From Candidatus Fraserbacteria bacterium (lineage in GTDB: Bacteria > Bipolaricaulota > Bipolaricaulia > RBG-16-55-9), in NCBI GenBank assembly GCA_037442925.1, contig JBBIPG010000014.1, positions 1 to 44,672 on the forward strand: 44,672 nt of DNA, in the 5' to 3' direction. Shown one piece after another: positions 10,132 through 19,390 of this stretch. Within the stretch, counting starts at the first letter, position 1. Every line of letters starts with the position of its first letter. The notes under the pieces are model-generated. The model was not told the DNA's origin. It did not search any database and saw only the letters and a program-made list of their open reading frames with translations. The position numbers and the translations under genes are program-made.

Positions 10132-10884
10132 ATGCTCAAGGATCAGATCGTCTTTGTGACCGGAGCCTCCAGCGGCATTGGGGCGGCCTGCTGTGAAGTC
10201 TTCGCAACCCAAGGCGCAAGAATTCTTATGGCTGCTCGGCGAGTCGAACGTCTCCGAACATTAGCCAAACGCCTTCCTACCGAAAGCCATTGCCTGCAGC
10301 TTGATGTTACGAAGTATGAGCTGGTCGAACAAGCGATCCGTTCGCTGCCACCGCAGTGGCAGGAGATTGATATCTTGCTGAACAATGCGGGTCTTAGTCG
10401 TGGGCTCGACAAGCTCTATGAGGGCAAGCGCCAAGACTGGGAGGAGATGATTGACACGAACATCAAAGGGCTCCTCCATGTCACTCGTGCCGTAGTCCCC
10501 GGGATGCTCTCGCGTGGACGGGGGCATATTATCAACATTGGGTCCACAGCGGGTCACGAGGTCTATCCTGGTGGCAATGTCTATTGCGCCACGAAGCATG
10601 CGGTAAAAGCTCTTACGCAGGGGCTCAAGATGGATCTTTTAGGGACACCGCTGCGCGTATCTTCCGTCGATCCAGGGCTTGTTGAGACGGAGTTCAGTTT
10701 GGTGCGTTTTCGAGGCGACGCGGAGCGGGCGAAGGCTGTTTATGCCGGACTGCAGCCGCTCACGCCGCGGGACGTTGCAGAGGTGGTTCTCTTTTGTGCG
10801 ACACGCCCGCCACATGTCAATATCAACGATGTGATTCTGATGCCGGTCGCGCAGGCGTCTGCGATGCTGGTATCGCGTAAGTAA
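10132..10884 (+). CDS. Short-chain dehydrogenase, YdfG-like (NADP-dependent 3-hydroxy acid dehydrogenase)
   Basis: TGASSGIG, NNAG, YPGGNVYCATK, VETEFSLVRF, PPHVNI. Confidence 0.9.
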   Translation: MLKDQIVFVTGASSGIGAACCEVFATQGARILMAARRVERLRTLAKRLPTESHCLQLDVTKYELVEQAIRSLPPQWQEIDILLNNAGLSRGLDKLYEGKRQDWEEMIDTNIKGLLHVTRAVVPGMLSRGRGHIINIGSTAGHEVYPGGNVYCATKHAVKALTQGLKMDLLGTPLRVSSVDPGLVETEFSLVRFRGDAERAKAVYAGLQPLTPRDVAEVVLFCATRPPHVNINDVILMPVAQASAMLVSRK

Positions 10885-10918
10885 GGGCTGCAAAAGCGAT
10901 AGCCTCTGCACGTTTTGA

Positions 10919-11125
10919 CTGCCCCGCCTCTTCTCCGTAAAGGAGCCTATCTTGATCACTCGCCGGGGAAAGTTGGTGGGCTTCTTCGTGCCGGTGGACG
11001 ATCCGGCTTCCTTGCCCTGGGGCCTGCGCTGCGAGCTCTTGTTAGCCCTCACTGAGAGGCTGAGAGGGAAGGCCATTGCCCGCTTTGAAGAATTTCGCCA
11101 GATTCTGTACGGAAAACTCCAGTCG
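10919..11125 (+). pseudogene. Relic of a Phd/YefM-like antitoxin gene
   Basis: Frame reads KEPILITRRGKLVGFFVP (Phd-type PxxITRxG motif); in-frame stop at 10916-10918 removes the N-terminus; the frame then runs antisense into the DinB gene. Confidence 0.45.
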
Positions 11126-11602
11126 TTACATGTGGATCTCCAGATCGCCCCAGATGGTTTGCAGATAATCAATCTGCGCCGCGCAGTATTCCATGTGCGA
11201 ACTCGGGAAGTTCATCCAGAACATCATGGGGAATGTGCCGAAAGGTGACGCGACACTGGTCGCCATTTTCTGTTCCGTCAAGCCGTCTAAAGCCGCAAGC
11301 ACAGTCTTGCACGAATCCTCTATCAACTTCACGGCTTGGTCGCGGGATGTGACTTTCTTCTCCTCAGCGTACACAAATGCCATCATCTCGCTCGGGGAGG
11401 TGGTCTTCAACTTCTCTCCACGGATCAATGAGGCATTTGCGTAGTTGCCGACAGCAGCGTGGGCAGCAATGCGTAGCGCATTCTTAGCCGTTGGGCTGGG
11501 CGACCAGTTCAGCTTGTCGTTGGGCACGAATGAAAACGTCTTAAGCAATCGGTCCTTCGCCGTGTTCACCGCTTGTTTGGCCTGCTCTATAGCCTTGTTC
11601 AT
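11126..11602 (-). CDS. DinB/YfiT-family protein
   Basis: AAGGAG RBS before MNKAIEQ; W.PSPTAKNALRIAAH and HMEYCAAQIDYLQTIWGD DinB-like motifs. Confidence 0.8.
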   Translation of the reverse strand: MNKAIEQAKQAVNTAKDRLLKTFSFVPNDKLNWSPSPTAKNALRIAAHAAVGNYANASLIRGEKLKTTSPSEMMAFVYAEEKKVTSRDQAVKLIEDSCKTVLAALDGLTEQKMATSVASPFGTFPMMFWMNFPSSHMEYCAAQIDYLQTIWGDLEIHM

Positions 11603-11618
11603 GGTACTGCTCCTTTCT

Positions 11619-11878
11619 TTAGGTGTCGTATCTATCGTGATGACGTACCCTCTCCATCGGGTAAGATAAAATCGCCTCATCGCGCCCCTTGGGGACCAAG
11701 TCAAGGTAATGGTAGGCGACATTCAACATGTCCAGCCCACGCGCATAGCAAGAAGTTGACTCAATTGGTCGCGTAAGCGGGTAAATTCCTTCTCCTTGGC
11801 TAAGAGTCGTTTGCGGACAACCATCCACTCTTCTCTCGAAACGACCTTATGGTTTTGCATTGCGCGCTTCTTTCTCAA
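11619..11878 (-). pseudogene. DUF899 (thioredoxin-like) gene with a large internal deletion and frameshift
   Basis: One frame gives the N-terminus MQNHKVVSREEWMVVRKRLLAKEKEFTRLRDQLS; another gives the C-terminus SCYARGLDMLNVAYHYLDLVPKGRDE...RHHDRY; the two join near 11757. Confidence 0.8.
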
Positions 11879-11884
11879 CGCCTT

Positions 11885-12526
11885 CTACCTCCTCTTACTC
11901 ACATTTGAAGAATAGATCTTAAATACTTGCTTGACGTACTTTCGGAAATGCTTGAGATTTCTCTCACCGATAGCAATGTCTTGCGTTGCTTTGATGAGGA
12001 TGAGCGATCCTTGAAGGACAGTGAGGAAATAGTCAGCCAATCCCTGGGTGTCTATGGAACTTCTCTTGCTCGGGGGAAGATGTTTCTCCACTGCAGCATC
12101 AAGCTCACGTTTGAGAAATTCAGACCACCACGAAAAATTCTTAGCACAAGCAGAACGGATGCGAGTATTTGTCTCTGCAAGCTCTTGGGTCATATTCCCA
12201 ACGACACAGCTTTTCGGGATATGCGGATTGTTCATCACCTCGATGAAGAAATCAATCAGACCCAAGACTCGTTCTAGGGGGTCTTTCTTCCTCTTGAAAG
12301 GTGCCATTTCTATCATGCGTTTCTGCCCTTCACAGAAAAAATCAATAACTGCCTCTCCCAAATCCTCTTTGCTCTGGAAGTAATGGAAGAAGCTTCCCTT
12401 GGTCAACCCTGCCTCTTCGCAAATCTCATCTACGGTCGTAGCCACAAAGCCCTTTTTCAGAACCAGTTTTTGTGCAGCCGCAAGAAGTTTCTCTTGTGTA
12501 GAAAATTCGCGTCCAGTCATTTCCAT
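11885..12526 (-). CDS. TetR-family transcriptional regulator (NemR-like)
   Basis: HTH TTVDEICEEAGLTKGSFFHYFQSKEDL; SCVVGNMTQE C-terminal domain. Confidence 0.93.
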   Translation of the reverse strand: MEMTGREFSTQEKLLAAAQKLVLKKGFVATTVDEICEEAGLTKGSFFHYFQSKEDLGEAVIDFFCEGQKRMIEMAPFKRKKDPLERVLGLIDFFIEVMNNPHIPKSCVVGNMTQELAETNTRIRSACAKNFSWWSEFLKRELDAAVEKHLPPSKRSSIDTQGLADYFLTVLQGSLILIKATQDIAIGERNLKHFRKYVKQVFKIYSSNVSKRR

Positions 12527-12569
12527 ACCAACTAGTTGGCATGTTAGCAGATTCGCTGGAAGATGTCAA
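12524..12569 (-). promoter_or_regulatory. TetR promoter with palindromic operator
   Basis: Minus strand TTGACA-17 nt-TAACAT; perfect palindrome CCAACTAGTTGG (12528-12539) inside CATACCAACTAGTTGGCATG, between the -10 box and the start codon. Confidence 0.75.
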
Positions 12570-12614
12570 GTGCCCCTGAATCTGAGAATTAACTGAAGGT
12601 CGCTACCCACAAGA

Positions 12615-12869
12615 TCATGGCTGCCATTGCCCATATTGCTTCATCGCAGCTCGAAGCTCCTCTTCCCGTAAGCCTCCCCGAAAGCGTTCCACACCATTGA
12701 GCACGACCACGGGAATATCGAAGCAATAGCGCTCAAAGAGAGCTTCATCTTGAGTAATATCGATCACTTCGACCTCGTAACCAAACTTTCGTTGCAGCTT
12801 ACGCAGCACTTTCTCAGCTTTGTCACACAACGGGCAGTCCGGTTTGCTATAGAGTGTGATTTTGTTCAT
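12615..12869 (-). CDS. Glutaredoxin-like protein (DUF836)
   Basis: LYSKPDCPLCD, ERYCFDIPVV. Confidence 0.88.
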   Translation of the reverse strand: MNKITLYSKPDCPLCDKAEKVLRKLQRKFGYEVEVIDITQDEALFERYCFDIPVVVLNGVERFRGGLREEELRAAMKQYGQWQP

Positions 12870-12933
12870 GCGAACCCGTAAAGATTATAATCATGCATAG
12901 AACACTGCGCGAGCGAAAGCGCCGGGAGGCAGA

Positions 12934-13476
12934 ATGAACACGAAACGCCTGGATGTCAAGCCTGCCAAGGGGACCGATCCACAGATTGGAATGCTGATCT
13001 CCATGCTCCAAGACGGCACCTATGCATGGCGAGAAGAACTGGGCCATGTGCCAGACGAGGCCGTCATCTGTCAGCCCTACCCCAACGGACATAGCATCGG
13101 AGCGATCATTCTACACATCGCTGATGCCGAAGCCTACTGGATAGAGCAAGTAATAGCCCGCAGAGAACGCTCTCCCGAAGAGCTAAAACTACTCCTCTCG
13201 GAGGAGACGGATCAATATGTTCCCCAGTGGCCCACGCTACCCGCGCGACCGCTGTCGCATTATTATGAGATCCATGATCGAATCCGAGAGCGCACACTGA
13301 AAACCCTTAAACAGTATGATGACCCCGAGCAGATCAACACCCGGCGACGCAGAGATGGGTCACAGTGGGAATACACTCTACGCTACGTTCTGCATCACGT
13401 GATCACCCACGAAGCCTACCACGGCGGGCAGGCCGTTCTGATCAGTTTACAGTATGCAGGGCGGAAACATGTGTAG
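12934..13476 (+). CDS. DinB-family protein
   Basis: SIGAIILHIADAE; HVITHEAYHGGQ His triad. Confidence 0.88.
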   Translation: MNTKRLDVKPAKGTDPQIGMLISMLQDGTYAWREELGHVPDEAVICQPYPNGHSIGAIILHIADAEAYWIEQVIARRERSPEELKLLLSEETDQYVPQWPTLPARPLSHYYEIHDRIRERTLKTLKQYDDPEQINTRRRRDGSQWEYTLRYVLHHVITHEAYHGGQAVLISLQYAGRKHV

Positions 13477-13485
13477 AGAAGCTTC

Positions 13486-14460
13486 ATGAACACAGATTGG
13501 CTGACTCTAGTTGCCATTCCGGTGATTGCTGCCGTCATCGGGTATTTCACAAACCGGGTCGCCATCTGGATGCTCTTCCGCCCCCATACGGAAAAGCGCA
13601 TCATGGGGCTCAAGATCCCATTTACTCCCGGCTTGATCCCCGCTCGGCGTCTGGAGATTGCGGAGCGCTTGGGTGTGGCCATCGCGAAGCATCTCCTCAC
13701 GGAGGAGGCCATCTCGGCCCGCCTCGATACACCCGAGATCCACGCGAAGATCGAAGAGATCGTCTCCAGCTATCTCGATGAATGGCTCACCAAGGAACTG
13801 GGCCCTCTGGAGACGCTCATTCCCTCTGAGCTCAAAGAGATGGTCTATCAGAGGATGGGGGAACTCATGCCTCTCCTGCTCGATGAATTGGCGCTGGTGC
13901 TCGAAGACGAAAGACTGAAAAAGCTCCTTAAGATCGAGATCTATGAGTACATGGATCAGCTGATCACAGACACATTCAGGGCAGATTCGCTCTGGGATCA
14001 ACTGAAATTCCGATTGATGGAGACGTTCGTGATCAGTACTGACGAGATCAAACAGAAGATCGATCGCAGTGTAGAGGAGGCGGCTCCGCGGCTGGCGACG
14101 TTGCTCGAGCGCGATGAGATCAGGTCAAGCATCTACCGCTCTCTCACAGGCGCCGTCGATGAGTTCTTGGCGAGGCCTATGGGACGGCTGCGGGATCACA
14201 TCCCGGAGGAGCGCCTCAAGCAGGGGCGAGTCTGGATCACGGAACAGGTGCTTGAAATCTTAAAGCGTGAGACCCCGAAGATCGTCCAGGCAATTAATGT
14301 AGAAAGACTGGTACGCGAGAAAGTGAACGAGATGCCGATTGCCGAAGTCGAACGTTTAATTCTGGCTATCACCAGCAGGCAACTTAAGGCCATCACGTGG
14401 TTTGGCGCTCTTTTGGGTTTCTTGATCGGCTTGATTCAAGTTGTGCTCACACGTCTGTAG
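13486..14460 (+). CDS. DUF445 (YheB-like) membrane protein
   Basis: IGYFTNRVAIWMLFRP...PGLIP; C-terminal GALLGFLIGLIQ. Confidence 0.9.
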   Translation: MNTDWLTLVAIPVIAAVIGYFTNRVAIWMLFRPHTEKRIMGLKIPFTPGLIPARRLEIAERLGVAIAKHLLTEEAISARLDTPEIHAKIEEIVSSYLDEWLTKELGPLETLIPSELKEMVYQRMGELMPLLLDELALVLEDERLKKLLKIEIYEYMDQLITDTFRADSLWDQLKFRLMETFVISTDEIKQKIDRSVEEAAPRLATLLERDEIRSSIYRSLTGAVDEFLARPMGRLRDHIPEERLKQGRVWITEQVLEILKRETPKIVQAINVERLVREKVNEMPIAEVERLILAITSRQLKAITWFGALLGFLIGLIQVVLTRL

Positions 14461-15380
14461 TAGCGATGATCTTCCAGCTCCTCGACTTGCCCTTGCTGCT
14501 CGAGCACCTCCAGATGGGCTTGGACCTCTCCCGAGCCCAATAACGCGTGATGCTCTCTCATGGGGCCGAAGAGCGCCAGAGCAATCTCATAGACGGTCTT
14601 GGGTTGACTGTCTGTCAAGATGTGCAAGATGCGCTCCTCGCGCTCTTTGTGGTGAGAGAGGATCGTATCAATGCGCCCGCTGAGATCTCCAATCTCTACG
14701 CCGTGACCGGGCAAGACTCTCAAACCAGAAAACCCTCGAATCTTGCGAAGTGAATGCAAGTATTTCGGGAGCATGCCCTCTCCGGTGACATCGGTGGCGC
14801 CGATGTTGGGGGTATAGTCAGGTAGAAGATGATCGCCGGTGAAGAGCGCGTCTGCGATGAGAAAACAGGCGGAGCCTTGCGTGTGTCCAGGGGTGTGAAT
14901 CACACGAAGCTGTGACGCACCGATGGGAACCGTCTGATCGTCGGTGAGCGCTTCAGCAGGAACGGAACGTCCCAATTGCGCCATCTGCGAGCGGATGGCG
15001 ATCAGATGGATGAGTTGCTGAGGGATGCCCCACAGTTGCATCTTTTGGAGATAGAGACGATTGATGTAGTCATAGCGTTCATCGAAGTGGATGACATCTT
15101 CGCGGTCGTCTTGGTGAACGTAGACGCGCGCACCGGAGAGTTCTTGAATGCGACGAGCGAGTCCGAAGTGATCCATGTGTTTATGAGTGAGAAAGATCTT
15201 GTGGATCTCTTCCACTCTGTAGCCCTGCAACGAGAGTGTGCCTTGCAAAGTTGAAAAAGCTTCGGACATGTCGATGCCGGTGTCGATGAGCGCAAGCTCT
15301 CCGGAGTCAATGAGGTAGGCGTTATTGTCCTTCTCAAAGTACGGGTTGGGCAGTTGGATTCTTACGATCTTCGTCGTCAC
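14436..15380 (-). CDS. MBL-fold metallo-hydrolase
   Basis: THKHMDHFG, HTPGHT, GDH, LPGHG. Confidence 0.92.
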   Translation of the reverse strand: MTTKIVRIQLPNPYFEKDNNAYLIDSGELALIDTGIDMSEAFSTLQGTLSLQGYRVEEIHKIFLTHKHMDHFGLARRIQELSGARVYVHQDDREDVIHFDERYDYINRLYLQKMQLWGIPQQLIHLIAIRSQMAQLGRSVPAEALTDDQTVPIGASQLRVIHTPGHTQGSACFLIADALFTGDHLLPDYTPNIGATDVTGEGMLPKYLHSLRKIRGFSGLRVLPGHGVEIGDLSGRIDTILSHHKEREERILHILTDSQPKTVYEIALALFGPMREHHALLGSGEVQAHLEVLEQQGQVEELEDHRYYRRVSTT

Positions 15381-15390
15381 ATTTCTCTTT

Positions 15391-15855
15391 CTAACTCTTT
15401 TTCTTGAAGAACAGCCAGTTTTTCGGGTCTTTGTCAGGTTGAAAGCGGATCAGGCAATAGCGGCCTTGAAGTTTCTCGCCGTGAATGTCTATGATGATCT
15501 CATTCTCATCCCACTGGATGGGCGTAAAGTGTCCATGATCCCAGATCTCGACGGTCCCAGCTCCATATTGACCTTCCGCAATGATTCCTTCAAAGTTCCC
15601 ATATTCAATGGGATGATCCTCGACCTCCACGGCCAATCTTCGCTCACCCACCTTCGTAGGCGGCTCTTTGGGGACAGCCCAGCTCTTGAGCACCCCCTCT
15701 CGTTCGAGGCGTAAATCCCAGTGCAAGTGCCGCGCTTGGTGTTTCTGAATGACGTACCGGAATCTTGCTGGAGTAGTAGGTTGCGGTGCATCGGAACCGG
15801 AAGGCTCGCTCGTCTTCGCAAAATCCCGCTTCTTACGGTACTCTTCGAGCGTCAT
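15391..15855 (-). CDS. Stand-alone LigD 3'-phosphoesterase domain protein
   Basis: [54 protein letters not shown]. Confidence 0.92.
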   Translation of the reverse strand: MTLEEYRKKRDFAKTSEPSGSDAPQPTTPARFRYVIQKHQARHLHWDLRLEREGVLKSWAVPKEPPTKVGERRLAVEVEDHPIEYGNFEGIIAEGQYGAGTVEIWDHGHFTPIQWDENEIIIDIHGEKLQGRYCLIRFQPDKDPKNWLFFKKKS

Positions 15856-16772
15856 GAGGAGGAGAAATCGAGGAATCGTGCGAGTCGCTGTCGGATCTTC
15901 GGTGCTCTAAGTTTCTCCAGGGCTTCTTCCTGTATTTGGCGCACACGCTCGCGGCTGATGCCTAAGATTTCTCCTGTCTGCTCCAGGGTTCGGGGCTGAT
16001 CGTCCTCCAGGCCGTAGCGCAGGCTAAGCACCTGGCGTTCCCGCTCGCTGAGAGATTCGAGAGCCTTACGAAGTTCTTCCCTTCGTAATTCTTTGAGAGC
16101 GCTGCGCAACGGCGAGGGGAGGCTACCATTACTGATCAGCTGCTCGAGCTCATCGGCTTCTTCCTCCTCGCGTGGCTGATCCAAAGAGGGCGTGAATTGA
16201 GGGGCTTGGCGAGCCTCTTGAACTTGCTCGATGGGGATCTTGAGAAACTCTGCGAGTTCCTCATCGGTAGGCGGTTCGCCGTTCTCCTCGACCCAAAACG
16301 CTTCGGCCTCATGAATGCGCCGAATTCGTTGGATGAGAGATTCCGGCAGACGGATGGAGCGCGCCGTCTGGGTCAGCGCGCGCGTGATCGCCTGGCGAAT
16401 CCACCACGTGGCATAGGTGGAAAACCGGTAGCCCCTCTCTGGATCGAACTTCTCAACGGCGCGCATCAAACCGAGATTGCCTTCTTGAATGAGGTCGAGT
16501 AAGGGCAGCCCCAGACCGGCATAGCGTTTGGCAATCGAGACGACGAGGCGCAGATTGGCCACGGCCAGCTGGGCCTTGGCGTCCCGACTCCCTCGTTGCG
16601 CCTTTCTGGCTAGATCGCGTTCTTCTTCTGGTGATAGAAGTGGGATCCTCCCGATCTCCTGGAGGTATGTCTGAATCGGGTCCTCTCGTGAACCTTCCTT
16701 GCCGGAAGGATCAGCGGCCACTCCCTCTTCCCAATCGGGTTCCAACCCGCCTCGTTCACGTTTGTCTGGCAT
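15852..16772 (-). CDS. RpoD/RpoS-family sigma-70 factor lacking region 1.1
   Basis: [55 protein letters not shown]; start chosen at MPDKR after a GGGAG RBS. Confidence 0.92.
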   Translation of the reverse strand: MPDKRERGGLEPDWEEGVAADPSGKEGSREDPIQTYLQEIGRIPLLSPEEERDLARKAQRGSRDAKAQLAVANLRLVVSIAKRYAGLGLPLLDLIQEGNLGLMRAVEKFDPERGYRFSTYATWWIRQAITRALTQTARSIRLPESLIQRIRRIHEAEAFWVEENGEPPTDEELAEFLKIPIEQVQEARQAPQFTPSLDQPREEEEADELEQLISNGSLPSPLRSALKELRREELRKALESLSERERQVLSLRYGLEDDQPRTLEQTGEILGISRERVRQIQEEALEKLRAPKIRQRLARFLDFSSS

Positions 16773-16841
16773 GGGCTCTCTCCCTAAACACCTCAGCATA
16801 CCCCAGACTGTAGGCGGGAGCAAGGGAACAAGCCAATCTGA

Positions 16842-18680
16842 CTATCCCGCACGCCGGGCGCGTATGGGACGCCCTTGCTCATGCGCGTCATAGACACGCT
16901 CAGCCGGTTCACTGCCCCGACGCAACTTGATGCTGCCGGATCTCGATACCGACCCGATGAAGACAGGCTCACCATTCACCGTGAGCTCGATCGTCTTGCC
17001 GCGTAGGCTCGGGTCCAGATCTAAGATCACAAACTGGTCGTTGACGGTGACATCGAGATCCTGCCCCGCTGTAAGATCCATCTCATCAAAGGAGCGCACG
17101 TCCAAGCCAATGCCCAGCTGGTCCTCGATTTCACGAATATGGCTTCCCCCCTTGCCGAGTATGTACGGGATGCGCTCTTCCTCAGCGTAGATCACGGCAC
17201 GACTATCGGACTTCACCTCCACGGAGACGCTTCCCTTAAGCAGACGCCCCAGCTCATATTGCAGCGTCCGCTCCGCCAGCTTCCAGATGGGTTTTTCGGC
17301 TACGATCTCCCCTACGGGCATCACAACAACCTGCTCGCCGAAGCTGTAAATTTCAAAGGCCAGCTGCTTCGATTCGAAGTCGCGCACCTCGATGACCGGC
17401 CGCGCCAAGTCTTCATCTCCCATGCCTGTAGGGGCTTTGACGGTGAACTCGACTTCATAGATCTGTCGCACATCCCCGGCATCTATGAAGACCACCGTAT
17501 CGACCACTTGAGGGATCATGCCCAACTCCACACGGCCGATGAGCCGCTGAAGCGCATCGATGCCCCTGGTGGCATGCACGACTCCCACCATGCCTACGCC
17601 GGCCAATCGCATGTCCGCAAAGACTTGAAAATCCTCAGTGCGGCGCATCTCGTCAAAAATCGTGTAGTCCGGCCGTACCAGCAGCAGCACATCGGCCGTG
17701 TTGGCCATGTTGCCTTCGAGAGCCGTATATTGCGTGATCTCATCGCTCACTTCCAGATCCCTAGGCTTTTCCATGGTCTTAATCACCCAGCCCGCCTCCT
17801 CGAGATAATCGGCAATCGCCTGCACGAAGGTCGACTTGCCTGCACCGGGTGCTCCCGAAACCAACACGCCGCGGTGGCGTTGATGGAGTCTCTCTTTCAA
17901 GAGATCCGCATAGGCATAATCGCTGAGATGCGTGCGCGTCACCGGGCGAACTACAGTGATTTCTAGTGCATCGGAAAAGGGCGGTCGGGCGATGGCAATG
18001 CGTAGGTTTTTTAATTGCACGACGGTTGAGCCGCCGGAGTCCATTTCAATAAACCCTTCGGGATGTTGTTCGGCCGCCTCGACGATCTCGCGTGCCATGC
18101 TTTCGATCTCCTTCTCCGTCAAAGGCTCTGTGCTCAAGGGGACGATCTTCATGTCACCGGGTGAGCCCTTTTTGGCTTTGGGGCGGGTGCGGGCGCGCAG
18201 ATGGACGGACATCGTCGTCTCATCGAAGTAGCGCATGATCTTCAAGGATTCCAGACGATGGGCGGCCGGGCTTTCGAAGTAGAGCACAGGCATGCCGCGC
18301 GCCTCGCAGACGAGTGCCTGCACCCGATCGCTCGTGAGCAGCGTCGCGTCGTCCTCCTCGGCCAGGCGTCGGATGAGGGAATCGAGTTCACCGGACTCGT
18401 GGAGTCGGAGCACATCGCCCCGCGGGCGCTCACCCTTGTACTCGAGCTTGATGATCCCCTCCCAGCTCAGGCTCTGTAGTTGCTTGAGTTCATTGAGGCC
18501 GGCAAAGCCCGTTTCTTGTCCGTTCTCGGCTTGGGCTTCCAGTTCTGCGAGAGTCATCTCGGGCACGATGAATGTGGCTCCCTGGAAGCGGCCCTGGCGG
18601 ACTTCCTCTGTGATGCGCCCATCGACGATGACGCTCGTATCCAGCACGTAGAGGGTGGAGTTCGCTTTGCGCTTGCTCAT
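16842..18680 (-). CDS. PIN-domain/VirB11-like ATPase/KH-domain protein (PINA-type)
   Basis: PIN VLDTSVIVDG, Walker A GAPGAGKS, DEMR, ADMRLAGVGMVGVVHA, KH loop ILGKGG. Confidence 0.9.
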   Translation of the reverse strand: MSKRKANSTLYVLDTSVIVDGRITEEVRQGRFQGATFIVPEMTLAELEAQAENGQETGFAGLNELKQLQSLSWEGIIKLEYKGERPRGDVLRLHESGELDSLIRRLAEEDDATLLTSDRVQALVCEARGMPVLYFESPAAHRLESLKIMRYFDETTMSVHLRARTRPKAKKGSPGDMKIVPLSTEPLTEKEIESMAREIVEAAEQHPEGFIEMDSGGSTVVQLKNLRIAIARPPFSDALEITVVRPVTRTHLSDYAYADLLKERLHQRHRGVLVSGAPGAGKSTFVQAIADYLEEAGWVIKTMEKPRDLEVSDEITQYTALEGNMANTADVLLLVRPDYTIFDEMRRTEDFQVFADMRLAGVGMVGVVHATRGIDALQRLIGRVELGMIPQVVDTVVFIDAGDVRQIYEVEFTVKAPTGMGDEDLARPVIEVRDFESKQLAFEIYSFGEQVVVMPVGEIVAEKPIWKLAERTLQYELGRLLKGSVSVEVKSDSRAVIYAEEERIPYILGKGGSHIREIEDQLGIGLDVRSFDEMDLTAGQDLDVTVNDQFVILDLDPSLRGKTIELTVNGEPVFIGSVSRSGSIKLRRGSEPAERVYDAHEQGRPIRARRAG

Positions 18681-19117
18681 GGATGCCGCTCCGCGAGGAG
18701 TTCCGCCACTTCTGCCAAGAATCGTTCGTCTTGGGCACTGAAGGCTGCGTGCGTGTCACTGTCGATGTCAATTTCTCCCAACACTTTCCCAGCTTTCATG
18801 ATGGGTACAACCATCTCAGAGCGCGTATAGGAAAAGCACGCCAAATAGCGTGGATCTTCGTTGACATCGTCGACGATGACTGTGTGTTTCTCTCGTGCAG
18901 CTAGGCCACAGATCCCTTGGCCAATGGGGATGCGCGTGTGCTGAGTAGGCTCGGGCCCATCCCAGGCTGTCAAGATCAGTTCGTTCTCCTTCACAAGATA
19001 GATGCCGACCCAGTTGTAGTGGGGTACGGAGCGGTGGAGCGTTTTGACAACCAGCTCGCAAGCCTTTTGAAAACTTATCGGCTTTAACTCGGCTCTCAGG
19101 CGCTGGAGGAGTTCCAT
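18677..19117 (-). CDS. GAF-domain protein, MsrC/fRMsr-like
   Basis: NWVGIY, GQGICG, YLACFSYTRSE, EIDIDS; start set at MELLQ because the longer ORF overlaps the tRNA. Confidence 0.88.
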   Translation of the reverse strand: MELLQRLRAELKPISFQKACELVVKTLHRSVPHYNWVGIYLVKENELILTAWDGPEPTQHTRIPIGQGICGLAAREKHTVIVDDVNEDPRYLACFSYTRSEMVVPIMKAGKVLGEIDIDSDTHAAFSAQDERFLAEVAELLAERHP

Positions 19118-19163
19118 TCGCTTCCCTTTCGCTCGCTTGTGTTGGGCAATTGCATCACGGAGC

Positions 19164-19192
19164 ATCATAGCTGGGAGGCCGATCCGTCGCAA
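19164..19192 (-). promoter_or_regulatory. sigma70 promoter of the GAF-PINA-sigma operon
   Basis: Minus strand TTGCGA-17 nt-TATGAT. Confidence 0.55.
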
Positions 19193-19217
19193 GTAGAAGC
19201 TGTTGTTGAGGAAAACC

Positions 19218-19246
19218 TTGACAAGCCTTGCGCAACGCGTTATGAT
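19218..19246 (+). promoter_or_regulatory. sigma70 promoter of the tRNA-Leu/plsX-fab operon
   Basis: TTGACA-17 nt-TATGAT. Confidence 0.8.
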
Positions 19247-19288
19247 CGCCTCGATACCACTCAAGTTGTGTGGTAGCTTGCTGGATTT

Positions 19289-19373
19289 GCCGAGGTGGCG
19301 GAATTGGCAGACGCGCACGTTTGAGGGGCGTGTGGGGTAACCCGTGGGGGTTCGAGTCCCCCCCTCGGCACCA
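19289..19373 (+). tRNA. tRNA-Leu (anticodon GAG)
   Basis: Acceptor stem GCCGAGG/CCTCGGC plus ACCA, D loop GGAATTGGCAGAC, anticodon arm CACGT-TTGAGGG-GCGTG, long variable arm, T loop GGTTCGAGTCC. Confidence 0.97.
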
Positions 19374-19390
19374 CAGCGAGGAGGCGCAGC

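Noticed and set aside
17139..17966. Long antisense ORFs (this one, also 22315-23124 and 28961-29635)
   Set aside because: Shadows of well-supported genes on the opposite strand
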